Assembly (NCBI GenBank): GCA_964016885.1
Contig: CAXHJY010001737.1
Coordinates: forward strand, 112,046 to 176,045
Length of the DNA: 64,000 bases
Source of the DNA: Eledone cirrhosa
Taxonomy: Eukaryota
Reading direction: 5' to 3'
The translations under genes were made by a program, and so were the position numbers. The notes beneath the pieces are model-generated. The model searched no databases. It saw nothing but the letters and a program-made list of their open reading frames with translations, and was not told the origin of the DNA. Positions 55,658 through 64,000 of the stretch are shown here, in pieces (positions within the stretch are counted from its first letter, which is position 1; each line of letters starts with the position of its first letter).

Positions 55658-56143
55658 CCTCAGCATTCTCGTGTAGCACCCATCCACCATCTGAGTGAGT
55701 TTCTTGGTCAGTGTCCTAGTCTCAGACCCATACAGCAGCACAGACTCCACTACAGCAATGAAGAGGCGGATTATTCAGGTCTTTACGAAGGTCCGACTTC
55801 CACACCGATCTCAAGCTGTGGCACTGAACATTAATCAGTATACAATGAGGATGAAAAACTCAGAGCTGTATGGGAGCCCCCCAAAAGTCAGCTCAAAAGT
55901 GACACAGAGGAGACTGAGGTTAGCTGGACAAGCTCACCGACATCCAGAGTTGACATTGCACTCAGTGCTCCTTTGGGAGCCCCTACATGGACACACTAGA
56001 AGAGGAAGACCAAGGTTAACGTATGTTGATGCCCTAAGGACAGACACTGGTCTGTTGGAGACGCAGGACATGGCAGCGATAATGAGGGACAGAGACCGCT
56101 GGAGAGAACTCGTCCATGGATCTCGGGAATTTTACCCGCCTTA
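55658..56143 (+). pseudogene. RTE-clade LINE 3' fragment with inverted 5' segment
   Basis: 55819-56143 is nearly identical to 48583-48907. The minus strand of 55658-55818 encodes the adjacent upstream peptide IRLFIAVVESVLLYGSETRTLTKK...DGCYTRMLR. Confidence 0.82.
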
Positions 56144-56164
56144 GAATATATATATATATATATA

Positions 56165-57137
56165 GTTTTGCGAGGTTTTTTATATGAAATCGTGTGTCGA
56201 AACAAATATTGTTATACTTGGGGAGGGTCATATTTGTCATATTTGTGTAATATTGCCAGAATTAATAACAGAACACACTCACTGTTTGGTTGTAAAACTA
56301 GAAGCGTAGTCTATAGCATAAGATGTACAGAGGGTACTTGCAGAAACATGACAACAACATACATAGGGGAGACAGCTCGTAGTATAGGTGAAAGGATAGA
56401 CCAACACTGGGGGGAACTAAAAGGACGAAAAAACGGGTCAGTACTATACGAACATGCTAGACAACAACATGACGGTAACATAGACAACATAGAAATTAGA
56501 ATAATATCTAAACATAGAAATGACGCAGCAGATAGGCAAATCAGAGAGGCCAGTGAAATAGAAATTAGAAGACCACGACTAAACAGAAAGAATGAATGGA
56601 ATAACAACAACACCCAAACAAACAACACTGACCTAAGAGAAGTATAAATAAGTAAATAAAATAAAATAAATAAATAAATAAATACATACACAAGCACAAT
56701 AACAACAAGCACATAAACACACACTAGTCACCCATCGCACAGGAAACAAAACACTATACACACACGCAAACGCATGCGCAAAGAAGACAAAATAAAATAA
56801 ACAAAACAAGCAAATAAATAAATAAATATATAGACAGACTGAATAAAAATGGCGTAGACATACAATACAACAGGAGGAAAAGATAGCACCACTGACGATG
56901 TTGGATGTGCAACGAAAGATTTATGATAAACTATATATATGTGTTTGCGTCTATATTGTATCTGTATTATTTTTGACCGTCGGTCAGTCAATGGCAACAT
57001 TGAGGACCGAGTAAGTTAGATTACCGATATAAAAGACACAGAAGCGAGAAGCGAAAACCAACCAAACAGTGAGTGTGTTCTGTTATTAATTCTGGCAATA
57101 TTACACAAATATGACAAATATGACCCTCCCCAAGTAT

Positions 57138-57143
<6 letters not shown>
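56165..57143 (+). mobile_element. 5'-truncated Penelope-like element (different family) with inverted terminal segment
   Basis: About 56207-56291 is the reverse complement of ~57060-57143. It contains a GIY-YIG coding remnant and is flanked by (TA)n. Confidence 0.8.
56291..56647 (+). pseudogene. PLE GIY-YIG endonuclease remnant (CCHH type)
   Basis: CKTRSVVYSIRCTEGTC...YIGETARSIGERIDQH...LYEHARQQH...RQIREASEI...PRLN. Confidence 0.85.
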
Positions 57144-57208
<65 letters not shown>

Positions 57209-57868
57209 CAGGTGTGTTTTAGGAAATTAAATGCTACAAAAATATAAAAAAAGCAGAAGAAGGAAAGAAAAAGAAAAAGTAAAACGGAATTCAAGGAATT
57301 TCCAAAATAATAATAAAAAGTGAAAGTGTTTACTTTTGCAAATAAAGTGAAAGAATTTTTGCTGGGCAATAGAGTGTTGTAAAGCCTTCAAAATGAGGTA
57401 GTGGTGAGGTGGTGGGAGCTGTGACATTATTGAAGATTCAACTTGAAAATCATCGAATTCTTCTGTTCAATAATTTCTCTATTTGGGGTTCCCGGGAGAC
57501 GAAGGAGCTTTCCAAAAATATTTACTGAAAAAAATACAGAGAGAGCATACATGTACATATATATATATATATATATTTCATCTATATTTGTGTAATTCGC
57601 CTAAAAACATAACTTGTCTCTATGTGTTTTGTTATGTCCCAATGTACACTGGAATGAATAGTATCAGCCTTAAAAACTGAAATCGTAGTGATTTCCAAAG
57701 GTTCAATGAAGAGATAGGATTGTCAGTTTTTACGTTGTTTTTTCCCGTTGTCTTTCTGCTGTGCGCCCCTGTTTTAAATTCATATTCTAAAGATTTCCCC
57801 TTACAAATATAGCTTTTCGTTTTGTCTTATCCTCTCTGTTGCTTTTTCCTAAGTATATATACGCCGCT

Positions 57869-57904
<36 letters not shown>

Positions 57905-58030
57905 GTTAAGTATTTCCGAAGAAAAAGCAAAGGAAAAAAACAGTGCTCTATGAATAGAACAGAGCTATTTAATTAGAAAGTAAAACAACACAATATATAA
58001 CTACTCCATTACTAAAGATCGTTCATCAGC

Positions 58031-58096
58031 CTGTCTGATGAACGATCTAGACGTATGTTAATATCGTCTAGGGTCCTGAAACCTTTGGTAATGGAG
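58031..58096 (+). ncRNA. Type I hammerhead ribozyme (family E) inside a fold-back element ~57971-58128
   Basis: ctgt-CTGATGA-acgatc-TAGACG..CGTCTA-gggtcct-GAAAC-C-ttt-G-GTA-atgg. The left arm is an inverted, internally deleted copy. Confidence 0.72.
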
Positions 58097-58123
58097 TAGT
58101 TCTATATTGTGTTGTCCACTTTC

Positions 58124-58167
<44 letters not shown>

Positions 58168-58171
<4 letters not shown>

Positions 58172-58243
58172 ATGTCACCCCCAAATGTATATACATTTCA
58201 ATAGCAGATAATCAAAGTGTATATACATTTTTGGGACACCCTG
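58168..58243. mobile_element. Tiny Tc1/mariner-like MITE relic
   Basis: The right end reads TA-cagggtgtcccaaaaatgtatatacac on the minus strand. The left TIR taggatgtcacccccaaatgtatatacat is imperfect. TA flanks. Confidence 0.5.
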
Positions 58244-58323
58244 TATATATATATATATAGATATAGAAAGGTAGAAAGATATATATATATATATATATCT
58301 ATATATATATATATATCTATATA

Positions 58324-58361
<38 letters not shown>

Positions 58362-58376
58362 TATTGAAAGGTAGAA

Positions 58377-58450
<74 letters not shown>

Positions 58451-58544
58451 TTATTAAATTTCAACACAAAACAGATAATCTGGAAGCCTAATAGCTGAAA
58501 TTATTACAAAAATAAATAAACTAATAAATAAAATAAAATAAAAT

Positions 58545-59760
<1,216 letters not shown>

Positions 59761-60009
59761 TATGTAATACATTACAACACACTACATGACTATGATGATG
59801 ATGACAACGACGATGATGATGATGATGATGATGATCATGATGACGAAGATCAATACTATGATGATGATGATGATAAATGGTATTGTGTGGTGCGGTTCAT
59901 TCTATAATTGCTAATTTCACGAATGAATGAATTTTTTTTCTGCGTTCATAACTGTGAATATTTAGCTGAAGAATTATTTGACTTCTCTCCTTGTTGATTG
60001 TGATGCTTA

Positions 60010-60572
60010 AGGTGATGGTATGATAATTATGGACATGGTGTGGGCGGTGGTGGTGGTGTTGGTGGCTGTGGTGGTGATTATGATGGGGGCATTCATCGGG
60101 ATGATGATGATGATGATCATCATCATCATTAGGGTGATGGCGGTGGTGATGTCGGTCGGGGTGGTAATGGTGTTGCTGGTGGCATTTATCGGGATAATGA
60201 TGATTAGGGTGCTGGCTAGTGTGATGGTTAGGGTGATGGTTAGGGTGATTGTGTGATAATTATGGACATGGTGGTGTCGGTGGGGTGGTGGTGGTGGTGA
60301 TTATGATGGGGTCATTTATAGGGATATGATGACGATGATGGTTAGGGTGATGTTTAGGGTGACAGTGTTATAATCATGGACCTGGTGATGGTGGTAGTGG
60401 TGGTGGCATTTGTCGGGATGATGATGATGATGGTTAGGGTGATGGATAGGGTGATGTTTAGGGTGACGGTGTGATAATTATGAACATGGTGGTGCCGGTG
60501 GCGGTGGTGATGGTGGGTTTTATCGGGATGATGATGGTTGGGGTGATTATGTGATAATTATGGACTTGGTGG
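60010..60572. repeat. Degenerate ~100-120-bp GT-rich minisatellite containing ttagggtgatgg subunits
   Basis: A tgataattatgga-like anchor recurs at ~60021, 60254, 60368, 60473 and 60553. Confidence 0.7.
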
Positions 60573-60749
60573 CTATCTATCTACTGAACCACTACAAAGC
60601 TCAGGTGTAACCCACAAGGTAATATTGTTCCCTCCTCAGGGACAATCTTGCTATTAGTCACATTGACATCGTAGACCTCATCCAGAGAAAAATCTTTTCA
60701 GCTACTCCTCCACCCCTATAGGCGTTCTAGATCCAGGTATTCTCGACTC

Positions 60750-60750
60750 C

Positions 60751-60785
<35 letters not shown>

Positions 60786-61063
60786 ACAACACCAACAACA
60801 ATAACATCATTATCAACAATAACAACAATAATAACATCATTATCACCACCAACACAATAATAACATCATCATCATCATCGCCACTACCACCACCACCACC
60901 ACCACCACCACCACCACCAACGATAACAACAACAACAACAACAACACTAACAACAACACCATCTACAACAACAAAAGCAACATCATCAACAACATGAGAT
61001 GATGTTTTAAATCACGAACAACAACCTCAACAACATCAACAACATCACCAAGAAGAAGAAGAG

Positions 61064-61094
<31 letters not shown>

Positions 61095-62325
61095 AACAAC
61101 ATCAAGAAGAAGGAGAGCAACAACATCAACAACAACCAAAACAACAACAACAAAAACATAAAAAACAACAACAACACCATCACCACCACCACCAACAACA
61201 ACAACAACATCAACAAGAAGCACAACATGAGATGTTTTAAATCACAAAGAAGGGGACGTTGTGTGTTGTTTGAAAGCAATCATGTCCTGAAATTAACGAT
61301 CGTTGCTTTTTCAAATTTGTAATTCAAACAGGAGAGAGGAAAAAAAGGGAAATAATTTAACTAAAATCATCATCATCGTCAGTAGTAGCAGAAGAAGCAT
61401 TATCGACATCAGCATCATCAACATTAACAACATCAATATCATTATCAGCAGCAGCAGCGGCAGCAGCAGCAGTGGCATCAACGACATCATCACCATCACC
61501 ATCTTCATCATCATTATCATTATCACCACCATCATCATCATCATTATTATCGTCATTGTCGTCGTCATTGTCATCGTCACCATCACCATCACCATCATCA
61601 TCACCAGCATCACCATCATCACCATCATCATCTTCATCATCATTATCATTATCACCACCATCATCATCATTATTATCGTCATTGTCGTCGTCATTGTCAT
61701 CGTCACCATCACCATCACCATCACCATCATCACCATCATCATCGTCATCGTCATCACCATTATTACCAGTATCAACAACATCATTAGTAGCGATATCATC
61801 ATCAATGACAACAACAATACATCACCAATATCATAAACATCGACATCAAAATAACGCCACCACCACCACCACCACCACTACCATCACCACCACCACCACC
61901 AAAATGTCATCACCACACTACCACCACCACCAAAATACCATTACCACCACCACTACAACCACCAACTCCACCACCACAACCACCACCACCACCAACAATT
62001 CCACCACCATCACCACCAACACCACCACCACCATTTGTACTCCTTCCTTCATCATGCCATTTGTTGGCGGTGGGGAAGAAGGAATATATTTATTTTTTAT
62101 ATTTTTTATGATAAATTTCATTTCAATTTTTTAGTGTGTTCAATACATTTTACTGTGTTACTTATACACACACACACACATATATATATATACACACACA
62201 TATGTAAATATACACACATACACACAGACACACACACATATATATATATACACACACACACATGTAAATATACACACACATACACAGACACACACATGTA
62301 TATATATATACACCCACATATATAT

Positions 62326-62356
<31 letters not shown>

Positions 62357-64000
62357 CATACACACACATGTAAATATATACACACATACACACATACACA
62401 CACATGTATATATATATATATATACCCACATATATACACACACACACATATATATACACACACACACATATATATATATATACACACACATATATACATA
62501 TATATACATACACAAACACACATACCGTCCTTGTGGTGGTAGGGGTGGTGTTGCTGCTATTGGTCTTGCAGTAATAGTAGTAGTAGTAATAGTAGTAGTA
62601 GTGATAGTAGCTGTAGTAGTAGTAGTAGTAGTAGTAGTTGTAGTAGTAGTAGTAGTAGCAGCCGTAGTAGTAGTAGTGGTAGTAGTAGGAGTAGTAATAG
62701 TAGTAGTAGTAGTAGCAGCAGTAGTAGTAGTAGTAGTAGTTGTAGTAGTAGCAGCAGCAGTAGTAGTAGTAGTAGTAGTAGTAGCAGTAGTAGTAGTAGT
62801 AGTAGCAGCAAGAGTAGTAGTAGTAGCAGTAGTAGTAACAGTAGTAGTGGTAGTAGTAGTGTTTCTTCTTTCTCGCTCTTGTCTTCACCATTGCTGCTCT
62901 TTTAATCATTGTTGTTGTTGTTGTGTTTGGCCATGTCGCCGTTGATGGTGATGATGATGATGATGATATTGCTGTTGTCATTCTCCTTCTTCCTCTCTCC
63001 TATCACCACCACCACCGCCACACAAACTACCCCTTACCACCGCCACACCACCACCACCACCACCATAACCACCACCACCATAACCACCACCATCACCTTC
63101 ACCACCACCCCCTCAACCACCACCACCACACAAACTACCCCTTACCACCGCCACACCACCACCACCACCACCACCACCATAACCAACACCACCTAAACCA
63201 CCACCATCATCATCACCACCACCCCCTCAACCACCACCACCACACAAACTACCCCTTACCACCGCCACACCACCACAACCACCATAACCAACACCACCTA
63301 AACCACCACCATCACCAACACCACCACCCCCTCAACCACCACCACCACATAAACTACCCCTTACCACCGCCACACCACCACCACCACCATAACCAACACC
63401 ACCTAAACCACCACCATCACCAACACCAACACCCCCTCAACCACCACCACCACATAAACTACCCCTTACCACCACCACCACCACCACCGCTACCACTACC
63501 ACATAAACTACCCCTTACCATATCACCACCACCACCTCAACAACCACCACCACCTCAATCATCACCATCACCATTACCACACCACCTCAACTACCACTAC
63601 CACCATAACCAACACCACCTCAACCATCACCATCACCATCACCACACCCCCTCAACAACCATCACCACCATAACCAAAACCACCTCAACCATCACCATCA
63701 CCATCACCACACCACCTCAACTACCACCACCACCATAACCAACACCACCTCAACGACCACCATCACCCTCACCATCACCACACCACCTCAACCACCACCA
63801 CCACCACCATAACTAACACCTCCACCACCACCCTCACCACCCCACCTCAACGACCACCACCACCACCACACCACCTCAACAACCACCACAACCATCACCA
63901 TCACCAACACCACCTCAACCACCATCACCACCATAACCAACACCACCTCAACCATCACCATCACCATTACCACACCACCTCAACAACCACCACCACCATA
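60750..64000. repeat. Compound trinucleotide tracts (CAT, CAA, CAC, TAG) and a CAC-rich minisatellite (aaactaccccttaccacc anchor)
   Basis: Read directly from the sequence. Confidence 0.92.

Noticed and set aside
60120-60470. Telomeric TTAGGG repeats
   Set aside because: These are isolated hexamers within a 12-nt subunit, not tandem telomeric arrays.
62923-63738. His/Pro-rich 271-aa ORF
   Set aside because: It is a CAC-rich minisatellite with no evidence of coding constraint.

Overview
This is a repeat-saturated eukaryotic window with no recognisable host gene. Extreme (TA)n/(CA)n/(GA)n microsatellite density and the tRNA-SINE types suggest an octopus-like cephalopod genome (inference). Almost all ORFs in the supplied track are microsatellite artefacts. 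The real coding sequence is all retrotransposon-derived: (1) three Penelope-like element (PLE) loci with RT and/or GIY-YIG endonuclease, one forming an ~10.9-kb fold-back palindrome at 17.9-28.7 kb; (2) two head-to-tail Tx1/L1-clade LINEs in a (TATC)n tract; (3) two RTE-clade 3' fragments. The main hidden signal is non-coding. Reading by eye gives about 16 type I hammerhead ribozyme (HHR) motifs with an intact CUGANGA...GAAA...NUH core, plus about 12 decayed or half motifs, in several unrelated sequence families. These include retrozyme-like tandem arrays with one minimal HHR per monomer (310 bp x ~4.6 and 422 bp x ~2.5, with dispersed covarying copies), HHRs with ~90-115-nt extended stem II at the 3' ends of the autonomous PLEs, and short palindromes whose axis lies in or next to an HHR. 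Nearly all sit in (TA)n tracts. This is consistent with a PLE-driven, ribozyme-based system of autonomous elements and non-coding, possibly circular-RNA, parasites. All structures were paired by hand; none was computed or tested.
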